From an uncultured cyanobacterium (lineage in GTDB: Bacteria > Cyanobacteriota > Cyanobacteriia > Cyanobacteriales > CAWCAG01), in NCBI GenBank assembly GCA_963803805.1, contig CAWDOD010000002.1:672001-736000 (forward strand): a stretch of 64,000 nucleotides of DNA, given 5' to 3'. This document shows positions 1 through 9,855 of the stretch, in pieces. The position numbers and the translations under genes were made by a program. Each line of letters opens with the position of its first letter. Positions within the stretch are counted from its first letter, which is position 1. The notes below the pieces were generated by a model, which was given only the letters and a program-made list of their open reading frames with translations, was not told the origin of the DNA and made no database searches.

Positions 1-239
1 ACTCGATAAGGAGAAATTTCTAGCCACAGCAAAGTAGACTGGGTTGTAGTTTGAGAACTCCTAGGAGAATTTGACAGGGAAGGGCTTTCTGAAGGTGTAA
101 AATCAGGGTTACTCAAGAGTAAGTGAAACCGCTCTCGATCTTTTTGATACAAAGTAGCTGCGGTTTCAAAATTGTACCAAATTGGTAAATCAGTGGAAAT
201 TAAAGACAGACAAATGGGCCTGCGGTGATGGGCCAGCAT
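1..239 (-). CDS. Conserved cyanobacterial hypothetical protein, N-terminal part (runs off window start)
   Basis: Own translation from ATG at 239: MLAHHRRPICLSLISTDLPIWYNFETAATLYQKDRERFHLLL...LLWLEISPYR, open to the window edge; resembles a conserved cyanobacterial protein; not in the ORF track. Confidence 0.65.
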   Translation of the reverse strand, partial: MLAHHRRPICLSLISTDLPIWYNFETAATLYQKDRERFHLLLSNPDFTPSESPSLSNSPRSSQTTTQSTLLWLEISPYR

Positions 240-324
240 GGAGTGTCACGAGAGAGTTAACATAACTAAGATAGCTTTAAAACTCCTTCATTGGCTTTTT
301 TTTGAACTTTTTCGGTTGATTGTC

Positions 325-353
325 TTGCAAAAGCTATTTGTTAGAGATATAAT
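325..353 (+). promoter_or_regulatory. Sigma70-type promoter for tRNA-Asn
   Basis: TTGCAA (325-330), 17-nt spacer, TATAAT (348-353), ~30 nt upstream of the tRNA. Confidence 0.65.
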
Positions 354-382
354 TATAAACTGTTGTCAACTGATAACTACAA

Positions 383-454
383 TCCTCAGTAGCTCAGTGG
401 TAGAGCGGTCGGCTGTTAACCGATTGGTCGTAAGTTCGAATCTTACCTGGGGAG
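383..454 (+). tRNA. trnN: tRNA-Asn (GTT)
   Basis: TCCTCAGTAGCTCAGTGGTAGAGCGGTCGGCTGTTAACCGATTGGTCGTAAGTTCGAATCTTACCTGGGGAG: cloverleaf, anticodon GTT, TTCGAAT T-loop, no encoded CCA. Confidence 0.97.
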
Positions 455-461
455 TTTTAGC

Positions 462-1043
462 TCAATAACCAAAAACAACCTCTAAATCAAGTACAAAGCC
501 TGGTAAAACTTCCTCTCCTGACAAAGTTAAAGGAGATTCTAAAACCTCAAGTTCTTTATTTTGTCGATAAATTTCAACTCGTTTGTTTTTTGCATCAATT
601 AACCACCCCAAAAGCAAACCGTTATCTAAAAATTCCCGCATTTTTTTGTGTAAAGGTTCGGTGTTGTCACTTTTAGAACGCAACTCAATGACAAAATTAG
701 GACAAAGAGGGGGAAAGGTTTCTTGTTGTTCTGGTGTTAGGGCATCCCATTTTTCTTTACTCATCCAAGCTGCATCAGGGGAACGATTGGCACTGTTGGG
801 AAGCTTAAAAGCGGTAGAAGAATTGAAAGCAACTCCCAAACCTGTCTGACGATTCCAAAACCAGAGTTGCCCTTCTAAATCAATATTTCGCTTTCCTGTA
901 TTTCCCCCGGTTGGTGGCATAGTAATTAATTCTCCTGTGGCACTACGTTCCAATCGTACATCTCCATTAGCGATCGCCAGTTGCTCAAACTGTTCTTGGG
1001 TTACTTTAAGAGTCTGGGGAATAATAACGGGAATCGTATTCAT
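462..1043 (-). CDS. Uma2 family (PD-(D/E)XK) endonuclease
   Basis: RLERSATGELITMPPTGG, RSPDAAW, CPNFVIELRS, LGWLID, LSGEEVLPGFVLDL motifs typical of cyanobacterial Uma2 proteins. Confidence 0.92.
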   Translation of the reverse strand: MNTIPVIIPQTLKVTQEQFEQLAIANGDVRLERSATGELITMPPTGGNTGKRNIDLEGQLWFWNRQTGLGVAFNSSTAFKLPNSANRSPDAAWMSKEKWDALTPEQQETFPPLCPNFVIELRSKSDNTEPLHKKMREFLDNGLLLGWLIDAKNKRVEIYRQNKELEVLESPLTLSGEEVLPGFVLDLEVVFGY

Positions 1044-1093
1044 GTCAAAAAATCATTAATTTAGTCTAGGACAACAGCAAAGCCTTACAATAA

Positions 1094-2497
1094 TTAGTTC
1101 CTCGCCACTGAACCTGATGTCCTTCTGGGGCTTGTGGTAACATCTGGTTGAGCAGTCGGTTGATTAAAATGCTCGTAAGCAACGCGGGAAATTTCTTGAA
1201 TTAGTTGTTGGGCGCTAGAATCATTGCGAGGACGTTTCACCATCACTGAAGCGATATAACGCTTGCCACTGGGCATATCCACTTGACCTACATCTGCAAC
1301 TAGAGAACCTATATTACCTGTTTTATGAGCAATAGTTGCTCCTGGCTCTAAACCTTGGGGTAAGAGGCTATCATTAGCTGTCATCTCCATAATATCTAAG
1401 AGGCGATCGCGGGATTTCATCGAAACCAGTTGTCCCCGATTAACCACCGCCATTAAATTAGCTAACTCCTGGGGATTTGTGGTGTTAGTTCCTTCAATAT
1501 CCGGTAAGGGATTGTTAATGATGGTTGCAGTTAAGCCCCAACTACGGAAAAGGGCATTTAAGGCTTCCTTGCCTCCCAAGTGACGGATGATCATATTAGT
1601 AGCTGTGTTGTCACTAATTTCAATCATTTTAGTCGCTACTTCTAAAGCTGAATAGGTAGTTCCTAATTGTTGATATTGTAAATCTCCTGAACCATCCCCT
1701 ATATCACTTTCTTCTAAGGTTAAGGTATCGTTTAAATTAATTTTTCCTGCATCCACATTCTGGAAAAAAGCAACTAAAACTGGAACTTTAATTGTGCTAG
1801 CAGCAGCAAAGGTTTTATTACCTTGTAAATCTACATAATCCCCTGTATCTAAATCCATCAAAAACACCCCAGTATCTAACTGAGAATTAGCTTTGGTAAG
1901 GGCTTCTATTTCTGTTTTTAAAGTAGTAATCTCCTGCCCTAACAAAACCTTAACTTTACTACTAACATTCTCTGCACTTTCTTCTGTTGGTGTTACTGCA
2001 CTTTCTGCGGTAACTTGCCTCGTAGGGTTTACCGTAGAAATGATGGTTCCTACAATAGCGGCAAGACCAATACCTAAAATAAGTAAGCGAATAATATAAA
2101 TTAAAGGTGAAGGAGTTCGTTTAACTTTGCGGCGAGTCTTTTTGGGTATTGCTTTTTTTGGTTGGGAATTCCTTAAAGGTAGACTTGCTGCGGCAGATTC
2201 TCTCATCTGCCGCCTTCTTGCCACTCTTTTAGAAATACTATCTTGCCGGGATTGCCGTTGAGAACGCGGAGGAATCCCTTTGAAATTGGCAGCAGAAGGT
2301 TTTTGACCAACAGCATCAGGGGAGCCACTTCTCCTTCTCTGGCGAAGTTTCCGAGACGATAAACTGGTCACTCGTTCGGTAGGCTGTTTGCGCCCCGTTT
2401 GAGACAATGATCTCCTCGCCCGACTCTGGGAAGGCAAAGATGTCGAATTGTTCAATTTCCTTGACTCAAACGGCCGTGGATTAAACTGTTTGGTCAC
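1094..2497 (-). CDS. Class A beta-lactamase-like serine hydrolase with long basic N-terminus and one TM helix
   Basis: SxxK (ASTIK), SDN and HKTG motifs; TM segment LIYIIRLLILGIGLAAIVGTII. Confidence 0.88.
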   Translation of the reverse strand: MTKQFNPRPFESRKLNNSTSLPSQSRARRSLSQTGRKQPTERVTSLSSRKLRQRRRSGSPDAVGQKPSAANFKGIPPRSQRQSRQDSISKRVARRRQMRESAAASLPLRNSQPKKAIPKKTRRKVKRTPSPLIYIIRLLILGIGLAAIVGTIISTVNPTRQVTAESAVTPTEESAENVSSKVKVLLGQEITTLKTEIEALTKANSQLDTGVFLMDLDTGDYVDLQGNKTFAAASTIKVPVLVAFFQNVDAGKINLNDTLTLEESDIGDGSGDLQYQQLGTTYSALEVATKMIEISDNTATNMIIRHLGGKEALNALFRSWGLTATIINNPLPDIEGTNTTNPQELANLMAVVNRGQLVSMKSRDRLLDIMEMTANDSLLPQGLEPGATIAHKTGNIGSLVADVGQVDMPSGKRYIASVMVKRPRNDSSAQQLIQEISRVAYEHFNQPTAQPDVTTSPRRTSGSVARN

Positions 2498-2627
2498 ATC
2501 TACTACTCCTATTTCTAACTTGCTAGTTGCTAATGGTCAGTTGATAATGGTCAATAGTTGTAGTGGGGGACAGGATTCGCGTAGCGTTGCCGCAGGCTAC
2601 AGTATATTCTTACCCATTACCTATTGC

Positions 2628-3371
2628 CTATTGCTTATCACTCTTCCTCGCCCAATTCATTTGCCGTAGAATCCCCCTCAACATAGCAACCTCCTCTTGG
2701 GTTAAATTCCCTCGATTATACAAGCGGCGAAGCTTTTCCATACGGGCTTTAGCAGTATGGGGATAAAGATAACCTATTTTTAATAATAGGTCTTCTAACT
2801 GTTGGTAGTATCCTTCTAAAACATCTAAGGTAGCAGTGTCAGGATTCTCTGTTGAGCTTGTTTGGTCTTGGCTAGCCAAGTATAATTCGTAACTACAAAC
2901 TGCTACTGCTTGAGCTAAGTTTAGAGAAGGATACTCTGGATTAGCCGGAATGGAGATAAACTTTTGGGCATAATTCAACTCTTCATTACTCAAACCTCGG
3001 TCTTCTCTACCAAATATTAATGCCGAAGCAAGATTTTTGCCCAGTAACCAAGCAATTCCCTCTCTTGGAGTATAAAATTGGTTAGATAAAGCGCGGGAAC
3101 GGGCTGTAGTTGCCATTGCTCTTTGACATCCTTGCAATGCCATAGGTAAACTCTCAACTTGCTGTACTTGTTTGAGAATATCTATACCGTGCATAGCCAT
3201 TTTGCGTGCTTCTAGACTCTGGGCATCACACTGAGGATTTACGAGGATTAGTTGCTGCAAACCCATATTTTTCATTACCCGTGCCACAGAACCAACATTG
3301 AGCGCCCCAGCAGGTTCTACCAAAACAATCCGCACCCCAGCTAATACCATTGATCCTTTATCGTTAAACAT
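2628..3371 (-). CDS. trmJ: SPOUT RNA methyltransferase, TrmJ/LasT family
   Basis: VRIVLVEPAGALNVGSVARVMKNMG, LIFGREDRGLSNEEL, YPSLNLAQAV. Confidence 0.88.
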   Translation of the reverse strand: MFNDKGSMVLAGVRIVLVEPAGALNVGSVARVMKNMGLQQLILVNPQCDAQSLEARKMAMHGIDILKQVQQVESLPMALQGCQRAMATTARSRALSNQFYTPREGIAWLLGKNLASALIFGREDRGLSNEELNYAQKFISIPANPEYPSLNLAQAVAVCSYELYLASQDQTSSTENPDTATLDVLEGYYQQLEDLLLKIGYLYPHTAKARMEKLRRLYNRGNLTQEEVAMLRGILRQMNWARKSDKQ

Positions 3372-3681
3372 CGATCAACATCTTTCCATACTTTTTGCTA
3401 GTTAGCTTCAAATTGAATTAATATTTTCTCTTATTCAGTTACTTGAAATTACGTAATTGATTTTGTTTTTCTCAGGGATTTTCCTGAAATATCTAATTGT
3501 CCCTACCGAGAAACAAATATTTCTGACACAATAAATCAAGGGCAGAACATATCAGGTTTAAATGTGTCTAGCAAATAAAAGATACATAATGTTAATGGCT
3601 AATGGCTATTAAGTTAACGAGCATCTTCAAGCCTACAGGGAGCAGTGGCAAAAGCGCTAACCAAAAATAATCTCATTCTAA

Positions 3682-6600
3682 TTGCTTATGAGCAGCAATC
3701 GAGCGGATATAATAAGGGCCAATATCCTTTTTGTTGACAATTCGTTGCCTGATTTGCAGAATCTGTCCGCAAGATTAATAGAGAAAGGGTATAAGCTCAA
3801 AGAATTTTTTCAGTCAAGTCAGGTAATCGCCGCTATCCATTCTGTGGCTCCTGCTCTAATTTTACTTAAAGCAGGAAAGCCTGGTTATCAAATTTGCCAG
3901 GAACTTAAAGCCGAAACAAACACTAGCAAAGTTCCTGTTATCTTTATTCTTGAAGCCGAGCAATTAAAAGAACGAGAAAAAATTTATAGTAGCGGTGCTA
4001 CGGACTATATCATTACTCCTTTTTTACCAGAAGAACTGTTTGGCCGCCTCGAAAAACAATTACCCTATCAAGAAAAAACCTTACAATATCGTGCGGCTAG
4101 GGATAGTTTACTTAGTAATATTTCTCAGCAATTTATTGACCAAGACTTAGATGTCGCTATTGATTTTGCTTTACAAGCTTTAGGGGAATTTTTAGCAGGG
4201 GATCGCGCCTATGTTTATCGCTATAAAGATGATGCTGATTATATAGATTTGACCCATGAATGGTGTAAAGATGGTATTGATTCTCTCAAGTCTCAATATC
4301 AAAGCGTTTGTGTTAGCGATTATTCTTGGTTGCATAGTAATCTTTTAGAGTTTAAAACTCTCCAAGTTCATAATGTTGCTGCCTTGCCTCCTGAAGCAGC
4401 CCCAGAAAAGGCAGAGTTTGAGAAAAACCAAGTCAAGTCTTTTGTAGAAGTTCCCATGAGTCACAAAGGGATAGTGGTGGGTTTTGTTGGGCTGGAGGTG
4501 ATTGGTGCTTCCCGAAAGTGGAGTAGCGAAGATATAGATTTATTTGAGCGTGTCGGCACTTTAATGGCGATCGCGCAAGCTAGGTATGAGGTTGAGAAAG
4601 CCCTACAAAAGAGTAACAAAAGATACGGCAATCTTGCTGCCAATGTCCCAGGCATGATTTTTCGCGCCAAACTGCTTCGTGATGGCTCTTGGAAATTTAT
4701 TTATGTTAGTTCTGCTTGTCGGGATATTTATGGAGTAGATCCAGAAAAAGCGATTGAAGATGCTAATTTAGTTCTCAGAACTATTTATCCTGATGATTTA
4801 GAAAGAGCCAACGAACTTACTGCTATATCTGCCAAAACTCTAGAACCAATGCACTGGGCAGGAAGAATTTTGGTAGGAGGTAGAACAAAATGGATTCAAT
4901 CAGACTCACGGCCAGAAAAACTGAAGAATGGTAGCATTGTTTGGGATGGTATATTAACAGAAATTACCCAACGTAAGCGAGTTGAAGTTGCTTTACGGGA
5001 AAGCCAAAAAAGATTAGCGGGTATTTTGGATAATGCCGAAGAAGCAATTATTTCGGTAGATGAAGAAAACAAGATCCTTCTTTTTAATCAAGGTGCAGAA
5101 AAGATTTTTGGTTATACAACAGAAGAAATCTTAGGTCACTCTTTAGATATTCTTCTCCCTAAAGCTATTCGGAGTATCCACTCTGAACATATCAATAACT
5201 TTGGTGATTCTCCTCAGCAAGCACGGAAAATGGCTGAACGTTCCGGGAAAGTTTTTGCTCTACGCAAAGATGGCTCCCAATTTCCTGCTGAAGCATCTAT
5301 TTCTAAGTTGCAATTACAAGACGGCAAAATTTTTACCGTCATGCTTAAAGATATTAGTGATCGCCTCAAAACAGAGAAAGCCCTCCGTCAAAGTGAGTTG
5401 AAGTTTCGTAGCATAGTAGAAAATGCTAGGGATATTATTTACTTACTGACCCTAGAAGGAGTATTTTCCTACGCTGCCCCTAATTGGACTGATATTTTAG
5501 GGCATGATGTAGATGAGGTGTTAGGAAAACATTTTGCTGACTTTGTTCATCCCGACGACTTAGAAAAATGCGCTACTTTTTATGCCCAACTCCTAGAAGC
5601 AACAGAAAAACTCGACGGTATTGAATATCGAGTTAAACATAAAAATGGTAGCTGGCGTTGGCATATATCTAACCTTTCAGCAGTAAGGGATGAAGAAGAT
5701 ACAGTACTATACTGCATCGGTATTGCCAGGGATATTAGCGATCGCAAGCAGTCTGAAGCCGAATTGCAACAAGCTAAAGAAGCAGCCGATGCTGCTAACC
5801 GGGCAAAAAGCGAGTTTTTGGCTAATATGAGCCATGAGTTGCGAACACCCCTCAATGCCATTTTAGGCTTTACTCAAGTGATGAACCGCGATCGCAACCT
5901 TACCAAAGAACAAAGGAATAATTTAGAAATTATCAACCGCAGTGGAGAGCATTTACTGTCCTTAATTAACGACGTGTTGGAGATGTCTAAAATTGAGGCA
6001 GGAAGGACAACTTTTAATCCTGGGAGTTTCGATCTCTATCGTTTGCTAGAAGATATTGAAGATATGTTGGAAAATAGAGCTACTAGCAAAGGTTTACAGC
6101 TTCTGTTTGAATTCGCTCCTAATTTACCCCAATATATCAAAACCGACGAGGGTAAATTACGTCAAGTACTCATTAATCTTCTTGGTAACGGTATTAAGTT
6201 TACTGAAGAAGGAGGAGTTTCTTTACGGGTTGGGGAAATTTCTCAAGGTAACAATAATGGTAACGGTAAAATCAGGCTGCGTTTTGAAGTTGAAGATACA
6301 GGCCCAGGTATATCTGCTAAGGAAAAGGAACAGCTTTTTCAAGCCTTTGGCCAAACCGAAACTGGTTGGAAATCTCAACAGGGTACAGGTTTAGGGCTGC
6401 CGATTAGTCGCAGGTTTGTCCAAATGATGGGAGGAGACATTCAAGTTAAGAGCCAATTAGATCATGGTTCAATTTTCACCTTTGATATCCAAGCTAGACG
6501 AGCTACGGCACAGGAAGTTGAACCTGCTGCCCCCAAACGTCAGATTGTTAGTTTAGCACCAGATCAACCTACTTATCGTATCTTAGTTGTAGAAGATCGC

Positions 6601-7236
6601 TGGGCCAATCGCCAACTTCTGTTGAAGTTGTTACTCTCTATCGGTTTTGAAGTTGAAGAAGCTAAGAATGGGCAAGAAGCGATTGAAATTTGGGAAAGTT
6701 GGGAACCTCACCTAATTTGGATGGATATGCGAATGCCAGTTATGAATGGCTATGAAGCATCAAAACGAATCAAAAGTACCACCAAAGGTCAAGCTACAGT
6801 TATTATTGCCCTAACAGCAAGCGCTTTTGAAGAAGACAGAAAGGCTGTTTTATCCATTGGTTGCGATGACTTTTTGCGTAAGCCATTTCGCGAAGAAGTA
6901 TTATTAGAAAAAATTGCTCAGCATTTGGGAGTACGCTATATCTATGCACAAGGAGAAAAAGAGTTTACCAATAGTGACAAATTAGGGGATGGTGAAGCTA
7001 ATTCACAAATAGAACAGTCTATTAGTACTTATCTATCACAAATGCCCCCAGAATGGACAATGCAACTAAAAGAAGCGGCAATTCAAGGTTTTGATGAGCA
7101 GATCCTGGAATTGATTGCAGCTATACCCCCAAACTATAGTTCCCTGTCTCAAGCTTTAGAAGATTACGCTCACAATTTTCGCTTTGATAAAGTAAGAGAC
7201 TTAATTCAACAGATTAATGAAGAACAACCAAGCTGA
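3682..7236 (+). CDS. Hybrid histidine kinase: degenerate REC - GAF - 3xPAS - HisKA/HATPase - REC
   Basis: H-box FLANMSHELRTPLN, N-box LRQVLINLLGNGIKFT, G-boxes DTGPGI/GTGLGL, C-terminal REC LIWMDMRMP; start may be ATG 3688. Confidence 0.93.
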   Translation: MLMSSNRADIIRANILFVDNSLPDLQNLSARLIEKGYKLKEFFQSSQVIAAIHSVAPALILLKAGKPGYQICQELKAETNTSKVPVIFILEAEQLKEREKIYSSGATDYIITPFLPEELFGRLEKQLPYQEKTLQYRAARDSLLSNISQQFIDQDLDVAIDFALQALGEFLAGDRAYVYRYKDDADYIDLTHEWCKDGIDSLKSQYQSVCVSDYSWLHSNLLEFKTLQVHNVAALPPEAAPEKAEFEKNQVKSFVEVPMSHKGIVVGFVGLEVIGASRKWSSEDIDLFERVGTLMAIAQARYEVEKALQKSNKRYGNLAANVPGMIFRAKLLRDGSWKFIYVSSACRDIYGVDPEKAIEDANLVLRTIYPDDLERANELTAISAKTLEPMHWAGRILVGGRTKWIQSDSRPEKLKNGSIVWDGILTEITQRKRVEVALRESQKRLAGILDNAEEAIISVDEENKILLFNQGAEKIFGYTTEEILGHSLDILLPKAIRSIHSEHINNFGDSPQQARKMAERSGKVFALRKDGSQFPAEASISKLQLQDGKIFTVMLKDISDRLKTEKALRQSELKFRSIVENARDIIYLLTLEGVFSYAAPNWTDILGHDVDEVLGKHFADFVHPDDLEKCATFYAQLLEATEKLDGIEYRVKHKNGSWRWHISNLSAVRDEEDTVLYCIGIARDISDRKQSEAELQQAKEAADAANRAKSEFLANMSHELRTPLNAILGFTQVMNRDRNLTKEQRNNLEIINRSGEHLLSLINDVLEMSKIEAGRTTFNPGSFDLYRLLEDIEDMLENRATSKGLQLLFEFAPNLPQYIKTDEGKLRQVLINLLGNGIKFTEEGGVSLRVGEISQGNNNGNGKIRLRFEVEDTGPGISAKEKEQLFQAFGQTETGWKSQQGTGLGLPISRRFVQMMGGDIQVKSQLDHGSIFTFDIQARRATAQEVEPAAPKRQIVSLAPDQPTYRILVVEDRWANRQLLLKLLLSIGFEVEEAKNGQEAIEIWESWEPHLIWMDMRMPVMNGYEASKRIKSTTKGQATVIIALTASAFEEDRKAVLSIGCDDFLRKPFREEVLLEKIAQHLGVRYIYAQGEKEFTNSDKLGDGEANSQIEQSISTYLSQMPPEWTMQLKEAAIQGFDEQILELIAAIPPNYSSLSQALEDYAHNFRFDKVRDLIQQINEEQPS

Positions 7237-8341
7237 TGCTTCACGAGGAGATATTCTTCTTGTTGATGATACCCCCAATAACCTCCGCCTCCTCTCAGTG
7301 ATGCTGAAAAAGCAGGGATATAAAGTCCGGAAAGCTTTAAATGGTCAGATGGCTTTAGATTCAGTAGCAGCTAATTTGCCTGACTTGATTTTACTAGATA
7401 TTAGTATGCCGGAGATGGATGGTTATGAAGTTTGTGAACGTCTTAAAACCCAGGAAGAGACTCGCGAAGTGCCAGTTATTTTTATTAGTGCTTTAGATAA
7501 TGTTTTTGATAAAGTCAAAGCTTTTGAAGTGGGGGGTATAGATTATATTACTAAGCCTTTCCAGGATGCAGAAGTATTTGCTAGGGTAGAAAATCAATTA
7601 CAAATTCAACAACTGCAATTTAGTCTCAAACAAAAAACTAAAGAATTAGAAAAGCAAAATATCTTACTGCAACAAGAAATTTGCGATCGCGAAAAAGTAG
7701 AGAATGCCCTACGTATAGAACAAAGGAAATCAGAAACTTTACTCCTCAACATTTTTCCAGCAGCTATTGCCCAAAAGTTAAAACAGGCACATCAATCTAT
7801 TGCTGAACAATACGAAGAAGTAACTATCCTTTTTGCTGATATTGTCGGTTTCACTCCTTTAGCAGCAAGTATTTCTCCTAAAGAAATAGTTGATATTCTT
7901 AACAAGATTTTTTCTGCTTTTGACCAACTAACTCTAAAGCATGGTTTAGAAAAAATCAAGACCATTGGTGATGCTTACATGGTGGTAGGAGGGCTGCCTA
8001 CACCAAAAAGCGATCATGCTGAGGCGATCGCCCAAATGGCTTTAGATATGCAAGCTTGTATTGGAGATTTTTCTAGGGAGAAAGGGGAACCTTTTCAAAT
8101 ACGTATTGGCATTAATACAGGCCCTGTTGTAGCAGGAGTAATTGGTAAAAACAAATTTATCTACGATTTATGGGGAGATGCGGTTAATGTTGCTTCTCGT
8201 ATGGAGTCTTCAGCAGAACCAGGTAAAATTCAAGTTTCTGCTCACAGTTATGAGTTATTAAAAGGGAAATATAACTTTGAAGAAAGAGGGAAGATTAAAG
8301 TGAAAGGTAAAGGGGAAATGATTAGTTATTGGCTAGTTTGA
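7217..8341 (+). CDS. Response regulator receiver - class III adenylate cyclase
   Basis: REC (DLILLDISMP, KPF) plus cyclase motifs LFADIVGFT, KIKTIGDAYM, YDLWGDAVNVASRMES (Lys/Asp specificity pair for ATP). Confidence 0.93.
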   Translation: MKNNQADASRGDILLVDDTPNNLRLLSVMLKKQGYKVRKALNGQMALDSVAANLPDLILLDISMPEMDGYEVCERLKTQEETREVPVIFISALDNVFDKVKAFEVGGIDYITKPFQDAEVFARVENQLQIQQLQFSLKQKTKELEKQNILLQQEICDREKVENALRIEQRKSETLLLNIFPAAIAQKLKQAHQSIAEQYEEVTILFADIVGFTPLAASISPKEIVDILNKIFSAFDQLTLKHGLEKIKTIGDAYMVVGGLPTPKSDHAEAIAQMALDMQACIGDFSREKGEPFQIRIGINTGPVVAGVIGKNKFIYDLWGDAVNVASRMESSAEPGKIQVSAHSYELLKGKYNFEERGKIKVKGKGEMISYWLV

Positions 8342-8412
8342 AGTAATAGGTAATGGCTAAAAATTAAGTTCTGCTATGGTTAGCAACTAGCAATTAACAA
8401 TTAATTTAGAAA

Positions 8413-9018
8413 ATGTCTTTCAATAGATACAAAAATATCGGTCAGGTGTTGAAGGAATACAGTATTTTTGCCCAGGAAAAAGATTTTCTTCAAGAACAGC
8501 CAATGGTTATTCGAGAAATATTCAAAGAAGAATTAGCTTTTTCTTTGAGAGAGTTTGTGATAGGAGAATCAGAATATGCTGTTTGCGAAACAATTATTTT
8601 TCCTGTTCTAAGAGAAGTTTATAGAAGCTACCGAGATAAATTTACTCTTTGGAGTCATAAAACTATTACTTACAATGAACAGTTATCAGGTCAACCAGAC
8701 TATCTTTTAGCCAAGAGATCGCCGTTAGGTAAAGAAGTATTTGAGCAACCTTTCTTTGTCGCTGTAGAAGCAAAGAAAGATGATTTTATGCAAGGTTGGG
8801 GACAATGCTTAGCAGAAATGATTGCTATTCAAAAAATTAATAAATTACCAGAGGAACAAACTGTATTTGGTATTGTTTCCAATGGGCAAGTCTGGCAATT
8901 TGGGCAACTCACACAAGCCTGTTTCACCAAAAATATCCAAGTTTATATTATTCAAGAATTAGATAAACTCTTTGCTGCTATAAATTATATCTTTCAAGAG
9001 TGCGAACTACAGTTATAA
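8413..9018 (+). CDS. Hypothetical protein with PD-(D/E)XK / HsdR_N-like fold
   Basis: GQPDYLLA...FVAVEAKK...GWGQCLAEMIA...GIVSNGQVWQF pattern of a common cyanobacterial family. Confidence 0.7.
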   Translation: MSFNRYKNIGQVLKEYSIFAQEKDFLQEQPMVIREIFKEELAFSLREFVIGESEYAVCETIIFPVLREVYRSYRDKFTLWSHKTITYNEQLSGQPDYLLAKRSPLGKEVFEQPFFVAVEAKKDDFMQGWGQCLAEMIAIQKINKLPEEQTVFGIVSNGQVWQFGQLTQACFTKNIQVYIIQELDKLFAAINYIFQECELQL

Positions 9019-9090
9019 TCATTGAAAATAATTAACAATTCTACTTTATAGTTCATTAGCTTGGGCTATTTCCCTCTCCCTATCACCCTT

Positions 9091-9459
9091 CTAATTAAAC
9101 ATTGCTTTTTCTTCAATCTGAGCTTTAAGCTCAACTAAAAGGTAGTCAAGTTCAATTTGGGGGAGATTAAAATTTCCATTCAATATAGCATTGTAGGCAG
9201 CAATCTTTTCCCGTATTGAATAACCTTGACCCAAAATAATATCAACAAGCTCCCTTGTTAGGTTAGGCATTTTTGTTATCAACTCATCAATAGAAGCTAA
9301 AATAAGACACTTCTGTTGCTTTATTTGTTCTTGTTTAAAAGCCTCATCTTGGAACCATTGTCGGATAGTAAAAACACCAATATTAAGTTCAAAAGCAACT
9401 TGCTCTTGGGTTTGTCCGGCATTAAGTAAGGCCAGAGCTTGATAAAACTTGATTTCCAT
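9091..9459 (-). CDS. Hypothetical protein with N-terminal helix-turn-helix
   Basis: ALALLNAGQTQEQVAFELNIGVFTIRQW is an HTH pattern. Confidence 0.55.
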   Translation of the reverse strand: MEIKFYQALALLNAGQTQEQVAFELNIGVFTIRQWFQDEAFKQEQIKQQKCLILASIDELITKMPNLTRELVDIILGQGYSIREKIAAYNAILNGNFNLPQIELDYLLVELKAQIEEKAMFN

Positions 9460-9855
9460 AGGTTTGTACCAAAATGCTAGACTTCTTATAAATATAGATA
9501 AAGCAAAATTGAATGTTGAACAAGCGCCAAATCGCTTAAGGTAAATGGCTTACTGGAATAAGGACTCAGGCATTTAATTTATTTGTTAAGGGAGATACGG
9601 AATAAGGTAAGAAGGATGCGAAAACTATCGTACTCTTTGCCGATTTCCTAAATTAAATAATATTTAGCTTTGTCTACAAATTGGATAATGGACAAGCCGA
9701 TTTGCCTCTACTGAATTCTTCTATACTAAAAAAATAGTCAGCATCTATACTTGTAAATTAGCTAACAACCTTTAAAATTAACTATCAAATAAAATAGGGA
9801 CTATTGTTTCTACCCTGCAAGCTCGAAAAATATTACTCTTTAACAAAAAAATATT

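Noticed and set aside
238-468. 76-aa ORF on the + strand
   Set aside because: Overlaps tRNA-Asn and its promoter; the translation SSVVERSAVNRLVVSSNLT is a tRNA read-through artefact
383-1043. tRNA-Asn as an integration site for an island
   Set aside because: No integrase and no duplicated tRNA 3' end seen in the window; only a Uma2 gene follows
1094-2497. Beta-lactamase as an acquired resistance gene
   Set aside because: Membrane-anchored class A-like hydrolases with long N-termini are ordinary cyanobacterial chromosomal genes; no mobile context
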